IMG/VR virus record: IMGVR_UViG_2061766007_000740
Source of the DNA: an uncultured virus (IMG/VR IMGVR_UViG_2061766007_000740)
Lineage: Duplodnaviria; Heunggongvirae; Uroviricota; Caudoviricetes
Reading direction: 5' to 3' (one strand)
DNA: 64,000 nucleotides
Position numbers and translations under genes: made by a program
Notes under the pieces: model-generated
What the model was told of the DNA's origin: nothing
The model's database searches: none
Seen by the model: the letters and a program-made list of their open reading frames with translations, nothing else
Shown: positions 42,940 to 52,601 of the stretch, one piece after another
Layout of the letters: the number at the start of each line of letters is the position of its first letter
How positions within the stretch are numbered: position 1 is the first letter of the stretch

Positions 42940-43739
42940 CAGAGTGAACCTGCTTCTTGTCCGACACGGCAACCATCCATCATCCATTCATGCGTGTTGG
43001 CATATTTGGCATAAGCCTTACTCATATCCAACGGAACGATGTCTGTGATAGGCGATTGTTTAGCGACTGCGATCTTGTACTCGCCAAGTATCTCTTGCAG
43101 TTTCTCGTCCTGCGAGATAACGGCGCGAACGATGTCAATGGCTTGGTCTGCATCTTTGCCGAGTGCAAGGAATGTTATTGTGTCGTTCTTCTCGTCCAAC
43201 TCTTCCCAGTACTCAACGGTAACGACATGGAAGCTGAGTTGTGCTTCGTCGCATTCGGACGGCTGCATGTTGACGATGCGGTAATCGTCCGCTACCTTGA
43301 TGCTTGTGATATAGAAGTCACCTCCTGCAACTTGCTCACCCCAATCGGCTGCGATAGCGAGAGCCATGTTCAGACCTTTCGACTGAATCAGGAGCCGCTT
43401 CTTACCGCCTTGCATCAGTTTGAGAACAACCTCAAACATATAGCCGGACTTGATGTAGGAGAACGGACGGTCCTGGTTAGTGACGAGCACGTCTTTGATC
43501 TCTCCGGACTGCTGATGGAACTGAATCTTTGCCACATCTTCTTTTGTGAGGACATGATGGTTGGCGATAACGAACTCCGTCCGCTCTACGGTTGCGATTT
43601 CTCCGGTGTCCTTGTCAACGAAATCCTCTTTCCATTTACGACTAACCGTCTCTGCGGTCATTTTCCCGACCATCTGTTTCGGGTCTTCGACGCGCCAACG
43701 AACCTCGTCGAAGCGCGTCACTAATTGTTTAGTTTCCAT
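42939..43739 (-). CDS. Conserved Bacteroidota phage protein (DUF4494-like C-terminal part)
   Basis: WKEDFVDKDTGEIATVER; FLALGKDADQA. Confidence 0.6.
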   Translation of the reverse strand: METKQLVTRFDEVRWRVEDPKQMVGKMTAETVSRKWKEDFVDKDTGEIATVERTEFVIANHHVLTKEDVAKIQFHQQSGEIKDVLVTNQDRPFSYIKSGYMFEVVLKLMQGGKKRLLIQSKGLNMALAIAADWGEQVAGGDFYITSIKVADDYRIVNMQPSECDEAQLSFHVVTVEYWEELDEKNDTITFLALGKDADQAIDIVRAVISQDEKLQEILGEYKIAVAKQSPITDIVPLDMSKAYAKYANTHEWMMDGCRVGQEAGSL

Positions 43740-43750
43740 TGTTGTGGATT

Positions 43751-44179
43751 TTAATAATTATACGGATATTTGTAGCCATGCTGATCCACGACGGGTGGGA
43801 GCGGCTTGCGTTGACCCTTGCGGCGCGGCGGCATGACTTGGTTATACTTGCGATAGAGCGTCTGGTTGAGCGGACGGATGGCGGTGCAGTTGAGTACCGA
43901 GAAACAACTGTTGCCTTTCCGTACCGCCTTGCAGTAGAACGTGAACTCGGTGCGGACATGGTAGTCGCGCAACGGCTCAATCATACTGACGTAGAAGCAG
44001 TCGGGCAACTGGAGCGCGACCGATCCTTGCGTAAAGCCCTTGCGTGGCTCCTCGGTGACGATGACCATGCGGATGAGGTGCGCCCGTTGTTTGTCGGTCG
44101 TGATCTGCCGTGGCGGTATGATGTCGGTCACGAGGCCCACAAACCGCATCGTGTTCGGACGTTCTACTGATTCGATCAT
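43751..44179 (-). CDS. OB-fold-like protein (DUF3127-like)
   Basis: MRFVGLVTDIIPPR...VALQL...FTFYCKAV...FSVLNC spacing. Confidence 0.4.
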   Translation of the reverse strand: MIESVERPNTMRFVGLVTDIIPPRQITTDKQRAHLIRMVIVTEEPRKGFTQGSVALQLPDCFYVSMIEPLRDYHVRTEFTFYCKAVRKGNSCFSVLNCTAIRPLNQTLYRKYNQVMPPRRKGQRKPLPPVVDQHGYKYPYNY

Positions 44180-44180
44180 G

Positions 44181-44756
44181 TTAATTACCAAGAAGTTGTT
44201 TCTTAACCTCTTCCGTTTCGTTATCCTTATTCGGGATAAAGTAGTTCTTGTTGTCAAGGAAATGCTGGATTCCGATGATACGATTCCCAAGCCTGCCCTC
44301 GTCGCGGCTGATAGGCTTGCCGTTCTCATCGAGGTCACCCCAACACATGAACTCCTCCACGTTCTCAATGTAGATGTAGTCCGGTTGCAGCGCGTCGATG
44401 TACCGGAAGAGATGTTCTGCCAGTGTGCGACTGTCCGCGTCTCGCGGCTGACCGCCTTTGGCTTTGGAGAAGTTGGTGCATTCCAGTGATGCCCAAAGCA
44501 CAACCCTTGCACCGGGATTCTTGGTGCGCTCTTTATCCGTGATAGCCTGCAACGGCTTCATGTCGAGCGTCCTAATATCCTCGGTGAAGTGCTTGGTATT
44601 CGGGTGGTTGGCGGCGTGCGACTTGATGGCGTTCGGATCGTGGTTGACGCAAGCGATTACCCGTGCACATTTCTTACCGCCGAGCCGTGCGCGTTCCACT
44701 CCAGTACTCGTACCTCCTGCCCCGCAGAATAGGTCGATGTATAATAGTTGTTTCAT
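44181..44756 (-). pseudogene. Truncated DNA (cytosine-5) methyltransferase
   Basis: Motifs I (DLFCGAGG), IV (SLECTNFS), VI (IENV) present; ORF ends ~55 aa later without motifs VIII-X. Confidence 0.7.
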
Positions 44757-45352
44757 TGCTGTTTCTTTTTGTTTGGTTCTGATATCGGCATCCAATAGGC
44801 AACGTCAGATATCATATTGCAATTTGTTCCTTTTGGAGCATGACGCAGGAACACTCTGTCTCTGATATCTATTACTTTACGGAAACCTCTGTACACTAAA
44901 CCGTCAGGAAGCATAAAGATAACATCCTTGCCCTCTGCAGGTTTTTCATCCTTAACGCTTATCCACGGATTCTTCGGATTATCATAAGCATCACGCATTC
45001 CTTGTTGATAAGCATCGGTTATATCCTCGTTTTCGTATCTGATACCATACATATTGTTGTTGTATCGGTTCTTTTCATCCTCCTCAATCTTAATGCATAC
45101 AAACTCTTGCAGATAATTTTCTGCCATCCTGAATATGCGGATATCTTCACGAACATCATCACCGACATGTAGCGCATATGCTTTTACTTTGCTCAACGCG
45201 GCAAGCTCGTGCTGCAGTTGCTCGATCTCTTTCTCGCGGCTCTTTGCGCCTTCTATATAAGCAGCCCGTAATGAGTGATGGATGAATGGTCTGCCGATAT
45301 CATATTTTGTCGCATGTTCTTCTGCGTTCTGTATGATTTGTTCCTCTGTCAT
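44753..45352 (-). CDS. DUF551-containing protein
   Basis: PWISVKDEKP...VAYWMPI. Confidence 0.65.
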   Translation of the reverse strand: MTEEQIIQNAEEHATKYDIGRPFIHHSLRAAYIEGAKSREKEIEQLQHELAALSKVKAYALHVGDDVREDIRIFRMAENYLQEFVCIKIEEDEKNRYNNNMYGIRYENEDITDAYQQGMRDAYDNPKNPWISVKDEKPAEGKDVIFMLPDGLVYRGFRKVIDIRDRVFLRHAPKGTNCNMISDVAYWMPISEPNKKKQQ

Positions 45353-45354
45353 GG

Positions 45355-45534
45355 CTATACCTCCACAGTTATTTCGAGTTCACACGACTCTCCGTCTTGC
45401 AACTCCGGGATTTCTACATAATCACCACCGTTAGGATCAAAACGATACTCTGTCGTTCTATACTCACGACAGATAGGGTTCTTTGCGTATAGGAATATCT
45501 TCCCATCGCTATCTTTTGCTACGAATAGTTTCAT
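45355..45534 (-). CDS. 59-aa hypothetical protein (not in ORF track)
   Basis: MKLFVAKDSDGKIFLYAKNP...; fills operon gap. Confidence 0.6.
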   Translation of the reverse strand: MKLFVAKDSDGKIFLYAKNPICREYRTTEYRFDPNGGDYVEIPELQDGESCELEITVEV

Positions 45535-45536
45535 AA

Positions 45537-45788
45537 TTAGTCCTCCATTTTTATGAGTACTTCGTCAATATATCTTTTGGGATATTCTTCGATTTGTGGA
45601 TGCCAACTCCAGTTACGTTGTTTCAAGAATATGCCATCCTTATAGAAGAAATAATCTACACCGTGACCATATTTTGAGTGTATAATTATATCATATCCTT
45701 TATATTTCCTTTTGGTGGTTAGTCCACCCTTTTGCAGGTTGTGTGCATACATCTCGTCAAAAGAGAATCTTTCAGGATGATGAATCAT
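45537..45788 (-). CDS. Hypothetical protein
   Basis: ORF track. Confidence 0.55.
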   Translation of the reverse strand: MIHHPERFSFDEMYAHNLQKGGLTTKRKYKGYDIIIHSKYGHGVDYFFYKDGIFLKQRNWSWHPQIEEYPKRYIDEVLIKMED

Positions 45789-45799
45789 AACTATTCCTC

Positions 45800-45988
45800 C
45801 TATTGAATGAATATGTAATTGACAGTTTCGCCTTGCTTGTTGGTGTACTCCTCGACGTTAATGTCTTCGTCATAGACATCGTATTCAGCACCATCTTGTG
45901 TGCTTGCAGCGACATCTACGTTGCCATAACTTTCGTAGAGCATCCTCAATCTTGCGATAATGTCTAATACTTTATTGCTCTTTTCCAT
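45800..45988 (-). CDS. Hypothetical protein
   Basis: ORF track. Confidence 0.55.
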   Translation of the reverse strand: MEKSNKVLDIIARLRMLYESYGNVDVAASTQDGAEYDVYDEDINVEEYTNKQGETVNYIFIQ

Positions 45989-45993
45989 AACTA

Positions 45994-46296
45994 CTAATCA
46001 AATAATGATGGCAGATTTGCCGTTTTACTTTTCCGTCTGTGTTTGCGTACTGGCCAATGCTCCTTTCGGAACGGACAATCATTCTTTCGACAGATGTCTA
46101 TAGTGCGTTGCGCTATAGGTTCGTCGCTATAAGTGCGCAACTCTATGTCTCGATAGATGGCGCAGCGACATTTTGTATAAGCAATGAGGTCGCTTACAAC
46201 CATCTTCGGAGATTTGATGCACTTGTCGCAGTTCCTTGCTGACCACCAGCGGAAATCCTCGCCATTGCTGAACGGGTCTTGATTAACCTTTGCCAT
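45994..46296 (-). CDS. Cys-rich hypothetical protein
   Basis: PFSNGEDF...NCDKC...C..C. Confidence 0.6.
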   Translation of the reverse strand: MAKVNQDPFSNGEDFRWWSARNCDKCIKSPKMVVSDLIAYTKCRCAIYRDIELRTYSDEPIAQRTIDICRKNDCPFRKEHWPVRKHRRKSKTANLPSLFD

Positions 46297-46298
46297 AA

Positions 46299-46871
46299 TC
46301 AGTCAATCAGTTCATACGTATAAGCATATACCAGGGGATTACTCTCGAAGTACCCGCGCTTATTCAGACGGTCGATCAGTTCCTTATAGGCGAGGTATGG
46401 AGTTTTCCACCATACTTTGTCACCTTTGAATGTGTAGGCATCTTGGTTGCGGAATCCACCTTTTAGTACCTGAATGCCTTCTTTCAAGCAATCCTCATCG
46501 GAGATACCTGCCAGGCCCTCTACCTTAATGCCGGTCATCTTGACATGACGCTGCATCAATTCGGCTTTGACATACATCTTGTTACCCCATCCTTCCGAAT
46601 GCACGAGAGACAAATTTCCGTCCTCCGTCAGATGTCCGTTTGCAACCAACTGGCTATACCGCTGCGCTATGGCAACTATCTCGCCGACCTTATATGGAGC
46701 ATGGTCGAGGATGTATTTCTCATAGGCTTTCTCGTCGCCTATGTGGTGACTCTGATACGCCAGAGCATCCTTCATTGTTTTATCCGGCACGGCTCTCCGT
46801 GTCATAGTCTTTGTTCCGTCGAACGTGGCTTGCTGTAAGCCAAACGGTTCGTTAAACATTATCTTTTGCAT
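46299..46871 (-). CDS. ASCH/PUA-like phage protein
   Basis: KIMFNE...GTKTMTRR, ISDEDCLKEGI, NPLVYAYTYE. Confidence 0.7.
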   Translation of the reverse strand: MQKIMFNEPFGLQQATFDGTKTMTRRAVPDKTMKDALAYQSHHIGDEKAYEKYILDHAPYKVGEIVAIAQRYSQLVANGHLTEDGNLSLVHSEGWGNKMYVKAELMQRHVKMTGIKVEGLAGISDEDCLKEGIQVLKGGFRNQDAYTFKGDKVWWKTPYLAYKELIDRLNKRGYFESNPLVYAYTYELID

Positions 46872-47145
46872 CTGTCAAATGTTGTTGAATTATGAATAAT
46901 ACTGTGTTCATGCCGTCCATGAACGCTTTGTGTTCCCGTTTGCCGGTGTTCTTCGTGATGTCAATGTAGCGGTCGGCTTGCATCCGGATAGAACGCTCGG
47001 AGAACGGCTCGTCTGCAATCATCTCCGCTACCGTACCTTTGTTGTCGGCAAGGAACTTGCAGATTTTCGGATAGTCCACCGGCATAGCGGCGAAGATGTC
47101 TTGGTCGAACTGGTGTGCCAGTTGCTTTGTCGATACCTTCGCCAT
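46852..47145 (-). CDS. Hypothetical protein
   Basis: ORF track. Confidence 0.55.
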   Translation of the reverse strand: MAKVSTKQLAHQFDQDIFAAMPVDYPKICKFLADNKGTVAEMIADEPFSERSIRMQADRYIDITKNTGKREHKAFMDGMNTVLFIIQQHLTDAKDNV

Positions 47146-47146
47146 G

Positions 47147-47428
47147 TTATGCCGCCTTTCTCATTTCGAGTCTGATGGTGTGACCACCGGGCAGACCCCA
47201 GTACGTGATAGAGCCATGAGCCACTTCCCTGCACGGACTGCATGGGAAACTGTCGTAGTTCTGATAAACGCGGACATAGCCACCCATGATACCGTCAATC
47301 TGTTGCTTGGCCTTGTGATAATTAGCCTCGATGCCTTCGAGAATAGCGCTCTTGCTAATCTCCGGCACTTCGATGTTGAATTGAGCATTGCCGTACAAGT
47401 CACTCATACGGACTCCTAACTGAATCAT
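47147..47428 (-). CDS. Hypothetical protein
   Basis: ORF track; AAAGGAGG before MIQL. Confidence 0.55.
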   Translation of the reverse strand: MIQLGVRMSDLYGNAQFNIEVPEISKSAILEGIEANYHKAKQQIDGIMGGYVRVYQNYDSFPCSPCREVAHGSITYWGLPGGHTIRLEMRKAA

Positions 47429-47442
47429 AATGCCTCCTTTCG

Positions 47443-47757
47443 TTACCATTCCGGCAAGCGGAACCATTTGTTGATTTTGATTTTGCAGCCTTTTAGGTAG
47501 GTGAGCATGTAAGGTTGGCAGTTACCTACCTGCACCACTACGAACTCGCCGTCTTTCGGACGCTTCTCCTCTACGTTCTCATCGAACTCTATCCATTCGG
47601 GTGTGCTTACATTGAAGCCGCCAGCTTTCTCTATCTGGTCGAGAAGTTCTTGCTCTCGCTTCCGAAGTTTTTCGTTCGCGGCGGCAAGTTTCTCGGCGCT
47701 ATCGAGAAGACTGTGTGCGTCATGCAGCATTCCGTCACAAATCTCTTTCGTTTCCAT
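47443..47757 (-). CDS. Hypothetical protein (DUF551-like end)
   Basis: EWIEF...RPKDG...KWFRLP. Confidence 0.55.
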   Translation of the reverse strand: METKEICDGMLHDAHSLLDSAEKLAAANEKLRKREQELLDQIEKAGGFNVSTPEWIEFDENVEEKRPKDGEFVVVQVGNCQPYMLTYLKGCKIKINKWFRLPEW

Positions 47758-48079
47758 TGCGTTTCCTGTTTTCTTGCTCTATCAGAGCGTTGTTATACAC
47801 TTCCGTCAAGCGTTTCTCTGCCATCTTGAGCGTGACGATCTCAAACACACTATAGAACTTAGTAGATGTCTCTCCGGGGCCGACACGTGTGAAATGCAGC
47901 TGCCCGATGGCTACGTGGCTCTTGACCCACGCCTTACCGTATCGCTTGTACGCATCGTTCTCGGACACCTCGTCTTCCCTGCGACCCTCGATGGCCTGCA
48001 GAGCGAACGCCGCAAGAACGGCTGCTTCACGGATGTCCTGTGCGAACTGCTGTACAAGTGTTCTTGTGTCTGGAATCAT
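47735..48079 (-). CDS. Excisionase-like DNA-binding protein
   Basis: VSENDAYKRYGKAWV...KFYSVFEI winged-helix-like pattern. Confidence 0.5.
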   Translation of the reverse strand: MIPDTRTLVQQFAQDIREAAVLAAFALQAIEGRREDEVSENDAYKRYGKAWVKSHVAIGQLHFTRVGPGETSTKFYSVFEIVTLKMAEKRLTEVYNNALIEQENRKRNGNERDL

Positions 48080-48324
48080 ACTTCACATGCTTTTACGAGT
48101 GCGTTATAATCGTCACGCACATTCTTCTCTGCGGCTGCTTTGTCACCGTCACCATCATACCAGAATACGGTAGGCTTCTCATCATTGACGAATTGTACCA
48201 TCAGCGACCACTCGTGCGGTTTGTGACGCGGTGTCTCTCTATGAGCACTCGGCTTGCCGACGAAGCAGATGCGCATAATGTCAATTATCATACCCGAAGG
48301 CAGCTTTACAAATTTCTTTTCCAT
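48076..48324 (-). CDS. Hypothetical protein
   Basis: ORF track. Confidence 0.5.
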   Translation of the reverse strand: MEKKFVKLPSGMIIDIMRICFVGKPSAHRETPRHKPHEWSLMVQFVNDEKPTVFWYDGDGDKAAAEKNVRDDYNALVKACEV

Positions 48325-48326
48325 AC

Positions 48327-48560
48327 TTAATGAATGATAAGTTTGACCTCTATCCATAGCGTACTAACCTGCAGGACGTACAACTCACTGATGTCGCGAT
48401 GTCGATGATGGAAGTCGCATGCCTGATAGTAGATGCTATAGGGCACACGCTCCGTGATCTTGATGTCGCGGTTGAAATTCTTCTTACTTATCACCTGCTG
48501 TATTGAGCGAGATGTAGTGTATGTTTTCTTCTTGTAATATCCGTAGTGCTTTCCGTCCAT
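48327..48560 (-). CDS. Hypothetical protein
   Basis: ORF track. Confidence 0.45.
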   Translation of the reverse strand: MDGKHYGYYKKKTYTTSRSIQQVISKKNFNRDIKITERVPYSIYYQACDFHHRHRDISELYVLQVSTLWIEVKLIIH

Positions 48561-48704
48561 GGATAGAGATTGATATTAGTTACAAATTAGTTCGATCGCC
48601 AGAGCGCCGAAGAAGATAAGTTTGATGATGTCAAACAACAATCCGAGGATCATACCTTTCATGTTGTTAATCGACTCCATTATTTTCTCGTAGTCACTCA
48701 TAAC

Positions 48705-49031
48705 TTAAAAGATGTCTTCGAAAGCAACGCCGGACTGTCGTGCTTGCGTTTCCTGTCCGTTGGCTTTCGGTTGATACTTACTCGGTGTGCCTTTCCCGAA
48801 GAACAGCACGTTACCGTTATTATCTTTCACGTCGGCCCAGGCATCGTCTTTCTTCATCGTGACGTTGTGTGTCTTGTTGTCGGTGGGGTTCTTGCACTCC
48901 TTGACGAACAGACACACGGTCTGATGCTCAACGCCTTGCTTATCCGTGTATATGCGCGGCTTGACAAAACCGTTTCTGATGGCTTGACTGATTGCAGTCA
49001 GGTCAATATCTACATTAAGATTCTGATTCAT
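48705..49031 (-). CDS. Probable single-stranded DNA-binding protein
   Basis: IDLTAI...KTH...FFGKG and acidic-aromatic tail FEDIF; replication module. Confidence 0.5.
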   Translation of the reverse strand: MNQNLNVDIDLTAISQAIRNGFVKPRIYTDKQGVEHQTVCLFVKECKNPTDNKTHNVTMKKDDAWADVKDNNGNVLFFGKGTPSKYQPKANGQETQARQSGVAFEDIF

Positions 49032-49854
49032 TGCTTTTGATAGGTTTGTATTGTGACTCATAACCATGCTCTACTGCCCATGCGTCTATGTATTCTTCAA
49101 TCATATTGTCGTGCGTGCCGTCTGCTCGTCTGCGCTCAAACGACCATTTGGTTTCCCAAAGCATCGTGTCGCCACAAAGCACGGCTTCCGACCAATACTC
49201 GAAGAACTCCTTGCACATCTGCTCCGGATAGTACTTAACGAACTTCATCACGGCTGCTTCAAACGCTTTCTTGCGTTGGTGGAATGCCGGACTGTCGTAC
49301 TTGCCTACCCATTCGATGATACCAGGAGTATGATACACGGCCAGTATATGCAGGTTATACATCTTGGCATCGTCCATCAGCACGAACCGTCTCTCTTGGA
49401 ACATCTCGACGATCGCTATGTCTTCCCACTCCATCTGAAAGCGCACTTTCGAGCGGAGAGACTGGAGAGACCTCGCCACGATAATCTTTTTGTCAATCGA
49501 GATCAATTCGGCTGGTGTAAACGATTTGTTATACGTATGCGTCTGCAAAAACTGCGACACCGCGAACCGCAGACGCTCCGCAGATATACCGCTCTCCTTG
49601 ATTGAGTATTTGAGCGTACCCCAGAATAACTCCGGCATATCTCGCCAAACACTCTGCAAGAGCAACACCTGCTTGTTTATGTCTTCCTGCGTGGCAGGAC
49701 TGTCGCCATCGAAGACCGACACCTCCAGCACTTCTGCGCGACGGTTGATATAGCTGCTTTCGCTATCGAAGCGCCGTGCGAGTTGCTTGGTGCCGACATC
49801 GAGGACGCTCATCAACGACTTGGCATCGCTTGTTTTTGCTACACTTGTTTCCAT
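49015..49854 (-). CDS. Replication-module protein
   Basis: Follows initiator; EFFEYWSE...MLWE motif. Confidence 0.55.
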   Translation of the reverse strand: METSVAKTSDAKSLMSVLDVGTKQLARRFDSESSYINRRAEVLEVSVFDGDSPATQEDINKQVLLLQSVWRDMPELFWGTLKYSIKESGISAERLRFAVSQFLQTHTYNKSFTPAELISIDKKIIVARSLQSLRSKVRFQMEWEDIAIVEMFQERRFVLMDDAKMYNLHILAVYHTPGIIEWVGKYDSPAFHQRKKAFEAAVMKFVKYYPEQMCKEFFEYWSEAVLCGDTMLWETKWSFERRRADGTHDNMIEEYIDAWAVEHGYESQYKPIKSNESES

Positions 49855-49855
49855 A

Positions 49856-50658
49856 TTACGAATTTGCTAATGCTTCAACGAACTCGTCCACTCGTTTCTG
49901 CCTTGCCTGGCCTTCCGGTGTAACGAAACCCGGAACGACCTGCTGGGCGCGCTGTTGAGACCGACTGTCAGGCTCAAAGTGTTCCTCTGCTTCCCAACAC
50001 CGCTGATTGATGTAGGTTGACAGATTCTTCTCTTGCGGCACAAAGCAACCTTGACGCAACGCTTGCTCACGTTTCGTCTGCTGTGCTTGGTACGACGGAA
50101 GAAGAATTACCAATACTTCCCGCCAGTCTTTGTGTTTCTTCTTGAAGTTTGTGAACTCTGTCTGCAATCCGCGTTTCGTACCTCTGTACGCTTTACGGAA
50201 TGTATCAAACATAAGTTCTTCTTCTGAAATAGTCTCAACCTCCACGGTCTCGCTCTCAACCCCCTTGGGGGTGTTATCTTTAGATAACGGGGGATTATCC
50301 TTATTTATTATTATATTATTATTAGGTAAAGAATCTTTACTACCCCCCTCTGTCTCTTTAACCGGTGGTAAAAATTCTTNNNNNNNNNNNNNNNNTTGAA
50401 CTTAACGCCGTTAACATCGTACTGCTCTTTCTTGACGAGACCCTTATCTTCAAGGCTTTTCATCGTCGCAATCGCAGTCGGTCTGCTGCACATAAGCCAC
50501 TCTTGTATATACGATATACTACCGGAGAATTGTGAGTTATTATCCTGACTAAATCCATACACAAGAGCGTATGCTGCAACCTCTTGAATACTCTTGCATC
50601 CGAGGTCGAGCATCCACCCTTGTATATTGAGATAGTTTTGTGGCTTCACCTTATCCAT
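49856..50658 (-). CDS. Replication initiator (N-terminal wHTH), split by gap
   Basis: NYLNIQGWM...YALVYGFSQD...FSGSISYIQEWL; C-terminal KNLSTYINQRCWE. Confidence 0.75.
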
Positions 50659-50659
50659 C

Positions 50660-51400
50660 TTACTTCGCTTTCAGAAGTTCGTCAACGAATTGGTTTGCGA
50701 GGACGATGCGCTCTTTCATAGCGGATATATCTTCATCGTTACGCTCAATACGGATACATACGAAGCCATTCACCTGCATCTTATCGAAGAAGATGAAGTC
50801 GCACCACGGGAGATTATTGCACTCGCAGTGAGATTGGCATTGCCAGTAATACTCCGGCTTCTCTGCTTTCAACTCCTCGGCATTGTGAATCGTAGCCTTG
50901 TAGCGCATGAACGTCTCCGGCTTCGGGCATTTGATCTCGATAGTTCCGATAGGCTTGCCATTCTCATCAAGCACCACACCGTCCGGGCTGTCGCCGTAGT
51001 TAGGAATAGTCTGGTGCAGAATAAAACCTGCCTGCGCAACTTCACATTTCATGCGCCCCTCGTACACCTTACGTGCTACGTCTTCGTTCTCTTGTCCGTA
51101 GCGGATAGCCTTGTTAGACAACTCCACGCGGAACAGATATTCCTCGAAGTAAGCATCATTCTCCACGATGCTCGGAAACAGATTGCGCTCGGATGCTACT
51201 TGGTAGAGATAACCCTTGGCGGTGTCCGAGAACACTTCTGGATTAGGATTGGACTTAGTAGCCTTACCTGCTTTCATCACGTAATGCACGTTACTGCTCG
51301 TGATGTAACCAAGACGGGCGCGGAACCAATCGAATGAGCCTTGTTCTACGCAAGCAATCTGCTCGCGCATTTCTTGGGATAGTTCTTTCGTGTTAGCCAT
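50660..51400 (-). CDS. YqaJ/lambda-type exonuclease
   Basis: EQGSFDWFRARLG, SPDG, IEIKCP, YYWQCQ. Confidence 0.9.
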   Translation of the reverse strand: MANTKELSQEMREQIACVEQGSFDWFRARLGYITSSNVHYVMKAGKATKSNPNPEVFSDTAKGYLYQVASERNLFPSIVENDAYFEEYLFRVELSNKAIRYGQENEDVARKVYEGRMKCEVAQAGFILHQTIPNYGDSPDGVVLDENGKPIGTIEIKCPKPETFMRYKATIHNAEELKAEKPEYYWQCQSHCECNNLPWCDFIFFDKMQVNGFVCIRIERNDEDISAMKERIVLANQFVDELLKAK

Positions 51401-51403
51401 AAC

Positions 51404-52276
51404 TTACTCCTTTCCGTTGAATAAGTCGCTACCTTCTTGGCTGCCGTCTTGCGGTTCTGCAGGATCAGGCTCGATGTCCTCTACCTCTTTCTTGCTACCT
51501 GCCTCGTTGTCGAGGAACTGGGCTGCTTGATCTGCGGAGTCGGGCTTCTGATTGTCGATGTAACGCGCATCGCCATTCTCATTGAGAATAACAGATTGGT
51601 CGTACCGAACGGCTTGTTGCATCTCTACGCTCATCGGAGCATCGCCCTTGTTGAGCATCAGTTTGAGCACGGTCTTCTTTGCCATAGCATCGAAGTTGTC
51701 TTTCCATACTCCGTAACCTTTCTTGTAGGTCTGCGAGTACTGCAAGCCATGCTTCTTCAACTCCTCAATAGACCAATACGATTCTTTCTCGTAGCCATTG
51801 AGCAACAGGAAGTAACCGAGATAGCCGATAACCGGTGCTTTCTCGCGCTCGGCATCATTCTCGATAAACTCCAAGATAACATGCCCGGTGCGGCGGTCAC
51901 GACCTTTCAACTCTCCCTCACGCACATCCGTCACGTTGATCGTCTTGAACTGACGAGAACGAATAGCCAACTGCACAATTCCTTTGTAACCGATTTGGAA
52001 CTGTGCTTCGGTAATGCCTTCCTTGTTGTTTTTGTAAGGAAGCACATGCGCAAAGCCGAGATTGGCATCAAGCGGCAGATTGAGAGCCGTTGCTTTGAGA
52101 GCTGCAAACATGACTGTCGTCGGAACGCAGTCCTGCAATGCTTTGTTGTTAGTCACTAAGGCGGTTACGTTGTTGACGAACTCGCCCTTTCTTTCACCTA
52201 AGACGCTTTCCAGATACGCTTGCGTCTTCACATTGGTGATTGTCTGATTGAATAATTGTAATCCAGACGTTGCCAT
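51404..52276 (-). CDS. recT: RecT-family ssDNA annealing protein
   Basis: LNLPLDANLGFAHVLPY, AQFQIGYKG, FDAMAKKTV. Confidence 0.92.
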   Translation of the reverse strand: MATSGLQLFNQTITNVKTQAYLESVLGERKGEFVNNVTALVTNNKALQDCVPTTVMFAALKATALNLPLDANLGFAHVLPYKNNKEGITEAQFQIGYKGIVQLAIRSRQFKTINVTDVREGELKGRDRRTGHVILEFIENDAEREKAPVIGYLGYFLLLNGYEKESYWSIEELKKHGLQYSQTYKKGYGVWKDNFDAMAKKTVLKLMLNKGDAPMSVEMQQAVRYDQSVILNENGDARYIDNQKPDSADQAAQFLDNEAGSKKEVEDIEPDPAEPQDGSQEGSDLFNGKE

Positions 52277-52327
52277 AATTGTTAAACATTATCGTCCATT
52301 TAATAAAGGCTGGACTTGTTGCCTGAG

Positions 52328-52398
52328 CAAGGGTAGAGAGAGTCGAACTCCCATTCACGGGTCTGAAATCCGCTGTCCTACCATTGGACGATACCCCC
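52328..52398 (-). tRNA. tRNA with UCA anticodon (opal-reading, Trp-like body)
   Basis: GGGGGTA-TC-GTCC-AATGGTA-GGAC-A-GCGGA-TTTCAGA-CCCGT-GAAT-GGGAG-TTCGACT-CTCTC-TACCCTT-G; 71 nt; no encoded CCA. Confidence 0.8.
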
Positions 52399-52470
52399 GG
52401 GCATCTGCGTCTGTCGTCCCGACTGTCGCAGAGCGATGTATTATGTCACAATCAGCAGTTTGCACTGCTT

Positions 52471-52601
52471 TGTGGACGGGAGTGAACCCAATCACTCGTA
52501 GGATTTTTCGGCGAACTTTTTTGAAGAAAGTATTTGCAAACAATCTAATGGCTAAATTTACTCGCCTGCGGGACCTCTATCATTATCCCGCCTTTCCGTC
52601 C
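52471..52601 (-). ncRNA. Putative structured ncRNA with tRNA-like closing stem
   Basis: GGACGG/CCGTCC-ACA closing helix; arms GCGGGA/TCCCGC, GGCGAGT/GTTCGCC, GAGTG/CACTC. Confidence 0.45.

Noticed and set aside
52328..52398. tRNA-Sec or tRNA-Glu(TTC) reading
   Set aside because: No long variable arm for Sec; centring TTC in the loop breaks the anticodon stem.
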